A stretch of 64,000 nucleotides of DNA from an uncultured Acidobacteriota bacterium (GTDB taxonomy: Bacteria; Acidobacteriota; Terriglobia; UBA7540): contig CAWDSK010000009.1 of assembly GCA_963804995.1 (NCBI GenBank), forward strand, positions 64,001 to 128,000. Direction: 5' to 3'. The notes below the pieces were generated by a model that did not search any database, was not told where the DNA came from, and saw only the letters and a program-made list of their open reading frames with translations. Of the stretch, positions 30,492 to 38,867 are shown in pieces; positions within the stretch are counted from its first letter, which is position 1, and the number at the start of each line of letters is the position of its first letter. Position numbers and translations under genes: made by a program.

Positions 30492-30646
30492 GGGTAGCGC
30501 AGACTCTCGCATCTCAGAGAGCGGCTTTCCCCCTGCCACGACCCGCGGTTCTCGGCTTTGATCGCCGTAGCCGCATGTTCACAAAAAGTGGGCGTTTACC
30601 ATGTTAAGAACCGCAGACTTTGAACGGCACAAAGTATGCGCCACCC
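30492..30646. repeat. REPIN/MITE-like GTAG-REP doublet, family 1, copy 1
   Basis: GGGTAGCGCAGACT...AAAGTATGCGCCACCC; near-identical to 31900-32055. Confidence 0.85.
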
Positions 30647-30651
30647 CGCTG

Positions 30652-30861
30652 TCAGCCATTGGCACGCTTGGCAACCTTGATCGTTGATCGTAACGAGCCA
30701 ATTGTGTCAGACGGTTTGGCGCGTTGACCATCCGCTCGGAAAAATGCAATACTGCCAGGGTCAATGCCTAAAACGTCTTCCTCTAGCCATTTTGCTGCTC
30801 TTCCCAACTTCAATGTTCCGCTTCGAAGACGGGGTTCCTTATCTCCTAATGGGGTCTTCAT
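30652..30861 (-). CDS. small hypothetical protein (69 aa)
   Basis: Strong RBS AAGGAGG; LGIDPGSIAFFRADG...SDTIGSLR. Confidence 0.6.
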   Translation of the reverse strand: MKTPLGDKEPRLRSGTLKLGRAAKWLEEDVLGIDPGSIAFFRADGQRAKPSDTIGSLRSTIKVAKRANG

Positions 30862-30935
30862 ATCACCCTCCTTTACCCGGAAATATTATCGCTTCCTAAG
30901 GTGGTTTGATAAGAAGCAGAAAACCGGGACAGTTC

Positions 30936-31133
30936 GTAGCGCGGACCGCCCCGATCTGATCGGGGTCCGCGTCTTTTCTCGCCATGATGTTACAGACTAT
31001 TGTAGTGTAGCGCCGTGTCCAAGTTGCGGCGTCCTTTTCCCCGATATTTCTTCATCACCGTGCTCCTGCTTCCTCGGCGTACAAAGTTGATGGAGGAAAA
31101 ACCGCGGACCGCAACCCCGGCGGTCCGCGCTAC
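30936..31133. repeat. REPIN-like GTAG-REP doublet, family 2, enclosing a RAYT 5' fragment
   Basis: GTAGCGCGGACCGCC...GGCGGTCCGCGCTAC; partial copy at 32826-32988. Confidence 0.82.
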
Positions 31134-31250
31134 CCTTCAGGCTGTTGGCCCGCGCCTTCAACCGAGCCGGCGCTTTGCACCGTTTCTATTTGACGGCCTG
31201 GGTTTTTCTCCCCGGCCACGGGCATTGTATCGTTGCGCCACAGTACCCGG
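31015..31250 (+). pseudogene. REP-associated tyrosine transposase (RAYT/Y1 HUH) remnant
   Basis: MSKLRRPF..YFFITV followed, after a REP, by FYLTAWVFLPGHGHCIVAP (degenerate PDHxH). Confidence 0.65.
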
Positions 31251-31279
31251 TTGACACCCTTTCCCGCAGGGCCTATCAT
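31251..31279 (+). promoter_or_regulatory. sigma70 promoter TTGACA-17-TATCAT
   Basis: Near-consensus -35/-10 upstream of the AbrB-RelE pair. Confidence 0.7.
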
Positions 31280-31324
31280 TTACTTCAGGAAGTCATGAAT
31301 TCCGACTTCCCGACACCCATCACC

Positions 31325-31648
31325 ATGAGCACCATCGTTAGAGTACAGCGCAAGGGCCAGGTTACCATCCCCAAGCGCCTCCGCGCCCAAGTAGGCTTGG
31401 TTGACGGCGACCTCGTAGAAGCCAGGGCGCACCGGGGCAAAATTGTTCTTACCCCGAAGTCAGTCGTTGACCGCGAAAACACGCCAGCCCAACGCCGGGC
31501 CATCGACGCCCGCCTCGCGGAAGGCTTGGCAGATATCAAGGCCGGCCGCACCTTCGGACCCTTCAACAGCGCCGACGAGATGATCGCGCATATGGAAGCC
31601 CGCACGGCGAAGAAACCGACCGCTCAGAGGCGGAAACGCTCTCGATGA
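31325..31648 (+). CDS. AbrB/MazE family antitoxin
   Basis: VQRKGQVTIPKRLRAQVGLVDGD...GLADIKAGR. Confidence 0.88.
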   Translation: MSTIVRVQRKGQVTIPKRLRAQVGLVDGDLVEARAHRGKIVLTPKSVVDRENTPAQRRAIDARLAEGLADIKAGRTFGPFNSADEMIAHMEARTAKKPTAQRRKRSR

Positions 31649-31890
31649 AGGTTGACTATTCCGAACGCGCCGGCAGAACCTTGGACGGCCTCACGCCTCA
31701 GTTGCGCAGGGCCGTTTATAAACAGGTGAAGCTTTTGGAGCAGAACCTCCGCCACCCGTCGCTCCGAGCGAAGAAATACGACGAATCACGGAACATCTGG
31801 CAGGCCCGCGTCAACAAGGATTGGCGCTTTTATTTTCTTATCCAAGACGATGTCTACTACATCATCGACATTATCCCTCACCCCAAGTAA
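31645..31890 (+). CDS. RelE/ParE superfamily toxin
   Basis: NLRHPSLRAKK...WQARVNKDWRFYF...IIPHPK; ATGA coupling. Confidence 0.85.
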   Translation: MKVDYSERAGRTLDGLTPQLRRAVYKQVKLLEQNLRHPSLRAKKYDESRNIWQARVNKDWRFYFLIQDDVYYIIDIIPHPK

Positions 31891-31899
31891 TCCCGAGCA

Positions 31900-32055
31900 G
31901 GGCGCAGACTCTCGCCTCTCAGAGAGTCTGCGGCTTTCCCCCGGCCACAACCCGCAGTTCTGGGTTTTGATCGCCGCAGCCGCCTGTTCACAAAAAGTTG
32001 ACGTTTACCATGTTAAGAACCGCAGACTTTGAACGGCACAAAGTCTGCGCTACCC
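31900..32055. repeat. REPIN/MITE-like doublet, family 1, copy 2
   Basis: Shared core gttcacaaaaagt..cgtttaccatgttaagaaccgcagactttgaacggcacaaagt. Confidence 0.85.
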
Positions 32056-32171
32056 GGCTGAGCCCGATTGACGCTTCTGTTTGAAGGGCCGCGGAGGAGC
32101 GCTGAAGAGCGCGCACCTCCTCGCTACCCGCTCCGCTTGCATTTTGTGCCTACATTGCCTACAATAGTTGC

Positions 32172-32414
32172 ATGCAATACACCGTTCGAAAAGTTTCCAA
32201 CGCCCTCGATACGGTTCTGCGCCGCTGGGCTCGGGAGCAGCGCAAGAGCCTCAACGAAGTGGCCATCGAAGCCCTGGCTCGTGGCGCCGGCCTCACCGGA
32301 CGCACGGTACGACAGCGTGACCTCCACGACATCGCAGGAACCTGGCGGGAAGACCGCGCCTTTGATCGCGCCCGCGCGGCGCATGAAGCGATCGAGGCGG
32401 AGTTGTGGCGGTGA
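32172..32414 (+). CDS. VapB/FitA-like RHH antitoxin
   Basis: MQYTVRKVSNALDTVLRRWAREQRKSLNEVAIEAL; coupled to a PIN gene. Confidence 0.82.
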   Translation: MQYTVRKVSNALDTVLRRWAREQRKSLNEVAIEALARGAGLTGRTVRQRDLHDIAGTWREDRAFDRARAAHEAIEAELWR

Positions 32415-32815
32415 CGCTCGCGCTCAACACCAATCGCTACGCGGATCTGTGTCGCGGGAACGCTCGGGCGGTGGAGATTGTTGAGGCGGCCGACGCGATC
32501 TGGCTGCCGTTCGTAGTCGTGGGCGAGTTGCGGGCGGGATTTGCCGCCGGGAGCCAGGGCCCCCGGAACGAAGCGGTGCTGCGACGGTTTCTCTTGAAAC
32601 CGGGAGTCGGAATCCTTTACGCCGACGAGCAGACAACCTACCATTACGCCTCGGTTTACCGGCAACTGCGGAAACAGGGAACCCCCATCCCGACAAACGA
32701 CATGTGGATCGCAGCGCTCGTTCTTCAACATTCGCTCTTCTTGTACGACCGCGACCGCCACTTCGACGCCCTTCCACAGGTCCTGCGGGTGGATGCGACA
32801 ACGGGCACTTCTTAG
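32411..32815 (+). CDS. VapC PIN toxin (first catalytic Asp replaced by Asn)
   Basis: LNTNRY, GELRAG, PTNDMWIAA, RDRHFD. Confidence 0.88.
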   Translation: MTLALNTNRYADLCRGNARAVEIVEAADAIWLPFVVVGELRAGFAAGSQGPRNEAVLRRFLLKPGVGILYADEQTTYHYASVYRQLRKQGTPIPTNDMWIAALVLQHSLFLYDRDRHFDALPQVLRVDATTGTS

Positions 32816-33068
32816 CAAGTAGCAAGTCTTTTCTCGACATGATGTTACAAACGGTTGTAGTGCAGCGCCGTATCAAAGTTGCGGCGTCCTTTTCGATTTC
32901 TTCATCACCGTGCGCCGGCTTCCTCGGCGTACAAATTTGATGGAGGAAATACGGCGGACCCCGATCAGATCGGGGCGGTCTGCGCTACGGACTCTGAATG
33001 CAAACGGACCGTTTGCGCCACATCCGAAAATCTTGCCTCGAAGCCGGGTTTGCCGTATCCTGAGTCGC

Positions 33069-33329
33069 ATGGAAATACACGTTACCCCCGAGACGGAAAA
33101 GCGGCTCCACGCTCTCGCTGCGCAAAGCGGAGGCGCGACGGTTGACGAGCTTGTGCAGGAGGTCATCGAGGAATATTTCGGCGATCTTGCGCAGGCGCGG
33201 CAAACGCTGGACAGGCGCTATGACGACCTCGAAAGCGGCAGGGTAAAGCCTGTCCCCGGCGATGAAGTGATCGCCCGGCTTCGGGCCAAGAGCGCGGCCT
33301 ACCGCGCGAATCGCAATGAGAGCCTATGA
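33069..33329 (+). CDS. ParD-like antitoxin
   Basis: RRYDDLESGRVKPVPGDEV; upstream of a ParE remnant. Confidence 0.75.
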   Translation: MEIHVTPETEKRLHALAAQSGGATVDELVQEVIEEYFGDLAQARQTLDRRYDDLESGRVKPVPGDEVIARLRAKSAAYRANRNESL

Positions 33330-33446
33330 TTTCCACATTATCTCATTGCCTACGACCCGGACAAAAAACCGTGATGGGTTGTCGCCGTTATGCATGGACG
33401 CCGCAGCCCCCGCTTGATGGCCGCGATCCTCAGGGGCAGAGAGTAA
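33316..33446 (+). pseudogene. internally deleted ParE/RelE toxin
   Basis: MRAYDFH joined out of frame to YLIAYDPDKKP*WVVAVMHGRRSPRLMAAILRGRE*. Confidence 0.75.
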
Positions 33447-33586
33447 CGGCGCGTTGCAAAAATGGTCCTTTGTGAAAACGGACAAAAACTGTCGATTCTC
33501 TTTGGAAAAAGGGGCCAGAGCCACCACCTGCGAAGGCATCGGCAGGATTTGCAGGCCCGGCAATGCCAAAATCGAGAACTCCCGGT

Positions 33587-33799
33587 TCAACGGACGTCAT
33601 CGTAGATGTCGCGGCGATGGAGAGGCCCCAGGGGACCAAGATGGACGACTGGCAACTCGGGGGCTTGGTCAGCCCGGACGGCAGTGCCGGCGGCCTGGTC
33701 GTTCATGAGGCGCTCCAGCAAAGCATCAACCGATATGCCTTGCCGCTGCGCTTCCCGGCGGATTCGCGCTTCGGTTTGTGGCGAGATGTCGAGGCCCAT
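33587..33799 (-). CDS. putative antitoxin; overlapped by a 10-codon PIN-like start remnant (MTSVEPGVLD, 33571-33600)
   Basis: EARIRREAQRQGISVDALLERL...LHRRDIYDD. Confidence 0.65.
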   Translation of the reverse strand: MGLDISPQTEARIRREAQRQGISVDALLERLMNDQAAGTAVRADQAPELPVVHLGPLGPLHRRDIYDDVR

Positions 33800-34029
33800 G
33801 CCAACAGCTCCCTTCTCGGGATTACTGTTTATCTTACGCCCCTCTCGCAGCTTTGTAACGGCTACCTTGCAGGCTTCTCGGCCTCTCAACTCAACGGGTT
33901 CAAAATTGCCGGGCAGGTGTTTGTCGTAGCACAATGCCGTGACTCGCAAAAAGCGCTCGCTGCCTTCTGCTTTTCCCGACTGGTCGGGACTCGCAAAAAA
34001 CGCTCGCTGCCTGCTGCCCTAATGCGGTC

Positions 34030-35058
34030 TCAGCGTTTCACCGCCAGAACCGCATCGAGCGGGGCGTTGGTCACTCTCCCCTCAACTTCCGCGAAACCTG
34101 CCTGGCGCAACAAGGCCGCGTATTCAGCGAGGGTGCGCTCCTTCCCTTCCGTGCAGACCAGCATGCTGAGTGACTGCATAATGGCCTGCATGGGACCGGC
34201 CTTGCTGTCGTCAAGTAGTTTCTCGGCGATCAGGAGTGCGCCTCCCACGGGCAAGCGCTTCCAGATCTTCCGGAGCAGGGTGCGGATTTTCTCTTCCGAC
34301 CAGTCGTGCAGAATCCGGCCGAGCGAAAAGAGGTCAGCTTCCGGAAGCTCGTCCGAGAAGAAATCGCCGGCGATCAACTCCAGGCGATCGCGATGCGGCG
34401 AACCTTCGACAAAGGCGCGGGCATGGGGGATTACCGAGGGCAGGTCAAAGATTGCCGCACGCAGACTGGGGTAACGCTCGCAGGCGGCAAGGGCCAAGTG
34501 CCCCGTGGCGCCGCCGAGGTCGATTAGCCGATGAAACCGGGTGAGGTCAAAGGCTGCCACGACTGCCGGTGAACTCAGAAGACCGATGCCGTGCATGCCA
34601 TTAAGAAAGTCCCGTTGGGCTTCCTCCGTCCTGAAGAAATAATCGAAGATCCGCCCTTCCCCGCCAAAGGTCTGTGTCCAGCGAGCGGTGCCCTCACGAA
34701 CCGCGTTTTCCAGGTTTCCCCACAGCGGATAGAGGGCCTGATTGGAATAGAGGATGTACCCTGCCAGGGTATGGGGACTAGACCGCGTGAGGTAGGTCGA
34801 TGCAATCGGCAAATTGGAATAATTCGCGCCATCCTTTTTGAGCAAGCCCAGGCCAACACACGCGTCCAGCAGGCGGGCAAGTGCGTCGCTGTCTGCGCCC
34901 AATTCCTCAGCGAGGGCCGGCGCATCGGCCGCAATTTTCTCCAACCGGTCAAATACCCCCATCGACAAGGCGGTGAACATGGTCTTCGACCGGCGGAAGG
35001 CCAGGATAAGCTCCAACACCGGCGCGGGATCGGCATGCTGCATCGCTTCGCTCCTCAT
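34030..35058 (-). CDS. class II O-methyltransferase (acetylserotonin/CrtF-like)
   Basis: Dimerisation HTH, DLGGATG, AGDFF, RILHDW. Confidence 0.92.
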   Translation of the reverse strand: MRSEAMQHADPAPVLELILAFRRSKTMFTALSMGVFDRLEKIAADAPALAEELGADSDALARLLDACVGLGLLKKDGANYSNLPIASTYLTRSSPHTLAGYILYSNQALYPLWGNLENAVREGTARWTQTFGGEGRIFDYFFRTEEAQRDFLNGMHGIGLLSSPAVVAAFDLTRFHRLIDLGGATGHLALAACERYPSLRAAIFDLPSVIPHARAFVEGSPHRDRLELIAGDFFSDELPEADLFSLGRILHDWSEEKIRTLLRKIWKRLPVGGALLIAEKLLDDSKAGPMQAIMQSLSMLVCTEGKERTLAEYAALLRQAGFAEVEGRVTNAPLDAVLAVKR

Positions 35059-35236
35059 TTCCGAATTCGGTAGCGACCGTATGGTCGTAGCGGCGAGTTT
35101 GCCTCGCCATATGGCGGCGTCCCGATCAGATCGGGATGTATGCCGCCGCCTCTACGTCAAACTGACCCGCTACCCGATATTCGCCTCGGGCCCTTCCAGT
35201 GGCGGATGTCCGTCATGGTACATTCGGGCTAGGAGT

Positions 35237-35935
35237 TTATGAAGGCAGAAATTCGCGAATATCCCCAAGCACGCGCGCTAACATCTCGGGCGTCAGGCGT
35301 CCAGTTTGGGTGTTCTGCTGGCTGGGGTGATAAGAACAGAACAAGCGCGGCAGGCCATCCGGCAGCGCGAAACTCGCGGCATGCGCGAAGTGAAAAGTCG
35401 AGCGGCGCGGGAACCCCTCACGCTGGGAGAGCACGCGCAGATAGGCGTCAAACGCGATGCGTCCCAGCACCAGCACGGCACGCATGCGTGTTAAGAGCCG
35501 CAACTCTTTTTCCAGATACGGTTGGCAGTTGCGCAGTTCCTGTGGGAGTGGTTTATTCAAGGGCGGCGCGCAACGCAGCGACGCGGTGATGTAACAGTTG
35601 CGGAGTACAAGCCCGTCCTTGCGGTCCCGCGACGTAGGCTGATTCGCGAACCCGGCTTCGTAAAGGCCGCGATAGAGGAAATCGCCCGAGCGGTCACCCG
35701 TGAACATGCGCCCCGTCCGATTGCCTCCGTGAGCGGCAGGCGCCAAACCCAGAATCAGGAGCTGCGCGCGGGGATCACCAAAGCTCGGCAAAGGCTTGCC
35801 CCAGTATTCGTGCTCGCGATACATGCGGCGTTTTTCCTTGGCCACCTTCCGGCAGTAGCTGACCAGGCGTGCGCAGCGCGTGCAAGTCATCACCTGGCGC
35901 TGAAGGTCGGCGAGTTCGCGAGCGGGGTTGGGCAT
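35237..35935 (-). CDS. uracil-DNA glycosylase family 5 (UdgB)
   Basis: CTRCARL, GLAPAAHGGNRTGRMFTGD, YHPSQQN. Confidence 0.93.
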   Translation of the reverse strand: MPNPARELADLQRQVMTCTRCARLVSYCRKVAKEKRRMYREHEYWGKPLPSFGDPRAQLLILGLAPAAHGGNRTGRMFTGDRSGDFLYRGLYEAGFANQPTSRDRKDGLVLRNCYITASLRCAPPLNKPLPQELRNCQPYLEKELRLLTRMRAVLVLGRIAFDAYLRVLSQREGFPRRSTFHFAHAASFALPDGLPRLFCSYHPSQQNTQTGRLTPEMLARVLGDIREFLPS

Positions 35936-35958
35936 GGGGGATCATTTCCTTTCTATGC

Positions 35959-36360
35959 TCAAGATCCGTGCTGCGAAGTCTGCCCGGCGAACCTCACAGC
36001 ATCCAGGAACTCCTCCGGAGGCTTGTACTTGTGCCGAACGATGTAGTGGTAGATCAGGGTTGGGCAGGCGTACACTTTGTTCTGACCAGGAATGTGAATT
36101 TCCGCATCTCCCAAAGTTATTGCTTCCTCCTTATTGCCAGTTGACTCCCTGACCGGATACTCTGAGCACATCTCGCACTTATGGTATCCCCTCATTCGGT
36201 TTACTGGATTCCTGCAAAGATCAGCGATTCTCAGAGCAATCTCAGGGTCGACCTCGCCGGTATTGAACGGGTGTATCGAGTCAAGCCAGCCTATATTAAC
36301 AAGGCCGGCACCGCTCTTCTCTGTATAGACGTACTTACTTAGATCTTCGAAATATGGCAT
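35959..36360 (-). CDS. conserved-looking hypothetical protein, AT-richer
   Basis: GWLD, RGYHKCEMC, LGDAEI, YACPTLIYHYI...YKPPEEF. Confidence 0.75.
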   Translation of the reverse strand: MPYFEDLSKYVYTEKSGAGLVNIGWLDSIHPFNTGEVDPEIALRIADLCRNPVNRMRGYHKCEMCSEYPVRESTGNKEEAITLGDAEIHIPGQNKVYACPTLIYHYIVRHKYKPPEEFLDAVRFAGQTSQHGS

Positions 36361-36370
36361 CAGAAAACCC

Positions 36371-36790
36371 TTAAGAGGTTTTTCTCGCGGCCATTGCGAG
36401 CAGGCTATTCCACTGTGCCTCGGAAACCGGCATTACGGAAAGCCGCGGCAGCCGCACCAGATCAAAATCCTTGAGCGCGGCCGTCTTCTTGATTTCGTCG
36501 AGAGTCACAGGCCGGGCAAGTTTCCCCTTCGCCCGCAGATCGATGACGACCAGCCGCGCGTCCTTCTGCTTGGGGTCGGGGTAGGGGTCGCTCGCGACTT
36601 CCGCCAGGCCGACCGCCGCGCGCTCCTCCCCGGTGTGATAAATGATGGCCGCATCGCCACGACGAAAGTTGCGCAGGTTCTTAAGCGCCAAGTTATTCGA
36701 AATTCCATCCCAGACAGTTTGTCCGTCGCGCTCCAAATCAGCGAACGAATAGTGATCAGGGTCAGATTTTAGCAACCACTTACCTGTCAT
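36371..36790 (-). CDS. EVE domain protein
   Basis: WLLKSDP..YS, WDGISN, YPDP, RLSVMPV. Confidence 0.9.
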   Translation of the reverse strand: MTGKWLLKSDPDHYSFADLERDGQTVWDGISNNLALKNLRNFRRGDAAIIYHTGEERAAVGLAEVASDPYPDPKQKDARLVVIDLRAKGKLARPVTLDEIKKTAALKDFDLVRLPRLSVMPVSEAQWNSLLAMAARKTS

Positions 36791-37043
36791 ACGTATCCCC
36801 CACCTTATCAAGGTTTCCCAAGGGAAATAAGCCATTGTAAAGGAAATCCGCGAACCATGCACAGCGTCGGAACGCAGCCACCTGATTTCTTATCATAAAG
36901 TGGAAGGACGGGACTACACTTCCAATCGCCGCCCGAGTACAATGGGTCTAGCTGATGAGAAGTTTCGTGTGCCGGCGTGGGAAACGTTTGTATCCAATTC
37001 TCCCGGCAAGCATCTAAAATTGCGGAGGCAGAAAGAGAAGACT

Positions 37044-37382
37044 ATGGAAAAGGTTTTGCACGTTCAAGCCGCAGACTGGCAGGGGATCGAGGCGAGCACT
37101 AAACCAGTGTTCCTGGATTTCTGGGCTGATTGGTGTGGTCCCTGCAAGATGCTGGGCCCGACGTTCGAGCGGCTGGCGGAAAAGTACGGCGACGCGGTTA
37201 CTTTCGCCAAGATCAACGTGGATGAGATGCCGGACGTCGCCAACAAGTTCGCGATTCGTTCCATTCCCACCCTCGTGTTGCTACAGGCCGGGAACGTAGT
37301 TGAGAGGCTGGTCGGGTTGCGGTCAGAGCAGGAGTTGGCGCAGGTGCTCAGCCGTTACACCAACGGCAATGCACCGAAGTGA
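37044..37382 (+). CDS. trxA: thioredoxin
   Basis: DFWADWCGPCK, SIPT. Confidence 0.93.
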   Translation: MEKVLHVQAADWQGIEASTKPVFLDFWADWCGPCKMLGPTFERLAEKYGDAVTFAKINVDEMPDVANKFAIRSIPTLVLLQAGNVVERLVGLRSEQELAQVLSRYTNGNAPK

Positions 37383-37569
37383 TGGCGGGGAAAAGACCTT
37401 CCCGCTGGATAACATCCGTAAAGAAGAAATGACGCCCTAAGCGCCGGCCGATCCGGCTCCCAATACCGTCAGGGGTCGACGGTGGATGATTCACCCATCG
37501 TGCCGAGCGAAACAGGATTGCGCATCACGCCGCAGCACCCTCATAGATCGGTTTCCTGCTCGACTCTAA

Positions 37570-37712
37570 AACCCCCTCACCCCCCTGCCCCTCTATCGCC
37601 GCGGCGACCGAGGGGGGAGTCATTTTGAATTTACTGCCCTCGCCCCCTTGGGGGAGAGGGTGGACCGCAACCGGCGTTTTCATCAGCCGGGGCGGGCCGG
37701 GTGAGGGGGTCG
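37570..37712. repeat. palindromic repeat of the CCCTCACCC/CCCTCTCCC..GGGAGAGGG family (also ~39378-39424, 50379-50450, 62459-62596)
   Basis: ggagagggtggaccgc..ccggcgttttcatcagccggggcggg.cgggtgagggg shared by the 37.65-kb and 50.39-kb copies. Confidence 0.8.
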
Positions 37713-37803
37713 CCCAGGAATAAATTCAAAACTAATTCCTTGAAACCCGTTAAATGGCACTGCAGGTAAACGCCAGCGCTCCCTTCACTCCCACAAACAG
37801 CAA

Positions 37804-37830
37804 GGGCGTCCCTCCGAAAAAGGACGCCCT
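37804..37830. terminator. hairpin downstream of the 37875-38867 gene
   Basis: AGGGCGTCC-N10-GGACGCCCT. Confidence 0.55.
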
Positions 37831-37874
37831 AAAATGTAGTATTTGCCAATGGCCAGCCGCCGCGGGATCCGTCT

Positions 37875-38867
37875 TTATGCTCCCGGGCGTTGGGTCAGCA
37901 CGGTCGGAACATTGGGGAAAAACCCCTTGGGCGTGGTCATGTAGCCTGAAGCGGTGTCCTTGCCCAGTTTATTGACGACCAACTCCAGCGCACTGGGAGC
38001 CCCTTGCACGTAGAAGTACAAGGGCTCGTTGATGGCTTTATTGCTGCGCTCGGTCCGCTTATCGTCAAACATCAGAAAAACACTGAAGACGTTTTTCTTC
38101 GGGTCGGTTCTTTCCAGTTCCACGGTCACCGTTCCCACCTTTTGCTGCGCCTTCTTGCGGGGCAGGTTAAACTCAAAGAAATCGCGATCGGTTCTGTGGG
38201 CCAGTTGCACCAGCTCGTCGTGGGTTTTGGCAATGTCGCCCTTCAGTTCACCTTTGGTGCCGGTAAGGGCGTTGGCAAACTCCGACTTGGTGCTGGCCAA
38301 ATCCTGCTTGGTCCCCGCCAAATCCGTGGTCAACCCGCCGATCTTGGCGTTGGAGTCAGCCTGGAGCTTGTTCACCTCATCGGCGCTGGCCTTTGCGGCG
38401 ATGGCTTTATTCAACTGGACCACGGCGGCCTGCTGTTGCTTTTGCACGTCCGCGGCCAGCGCATGCGCGCGGGTTAACTCCTGTTGGGTGAGGCCAAGTT
38501 TCTCCGAGGTCACCTGGAATTGCCCGCGCAGTTGCGCGTAGCGATCGTCGCTGGAGTCTAAGCGCCGCGTAAGCAGATTCATCGTGTCCGCTTGTTTCAG
38601 GGCGTGATCGGAAAACTGCGAGCGCGTAACCAGCAGCAGCGCCAGGTTCGCAATCCCCAGCACCACCAAGGCGGCCACGAGCCACGGCAGGACACTGCTG
38701 CCCCCTGCCGTGGGAGCCGGTTGTTGCACCGGAACATAAACGTATTGGGGCGCCCCGGGTTGCGCCTGAGGCTGCGCGGTCGGTTCCGCGGGACCGGTCA
38801 CGCGCTGCGTCGGTGTATCGTTCAGGCCAAACATGGAGTGGCCGGGGTTGGGATCTTTGTCTGCCAT
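37875..38867 (-). CDS. single-TM coiled-coil hypothetical protein
   Basis: TM helix, long heptad region, C-terminal beta domain. Confidence 0.8.
   Translation of the reverse strand: MADKDPNPGHSMFGLNDTPTQRVTGPAEPTAQPQAQPGAPQYVYVPVQQPAPTAGGSSVLPWLVAALVVLGIANLALLLVTRSQFSDHALKQADTMNLLTRRLDSSDDRYAQLRGQFQVTSEKLGLTQQELTRAHALAADVQKQQQAAVVQLNKAIAAKASADEVNKLQADSNAKIGGLTTDLAGTKQDLASTKSEFANALTGTKGELKGDIAKTHDELVQLAHRTDRDFFEFNLPRKKAQQKVGTVTVELERTDPKKNVFSVFLMFDDKRTERSNKAINEPLYFYVQGAPSALELVVNKLGKDTASGYMTTPKGFFPNVPTVLTQRPGA

Noticed and set aside
28724..33800. Integron cassette array or prophage
   Set aside because: No integrase, no recognisable attC sites and no phage structural genes; the separators are GTAG-type REP doublets.
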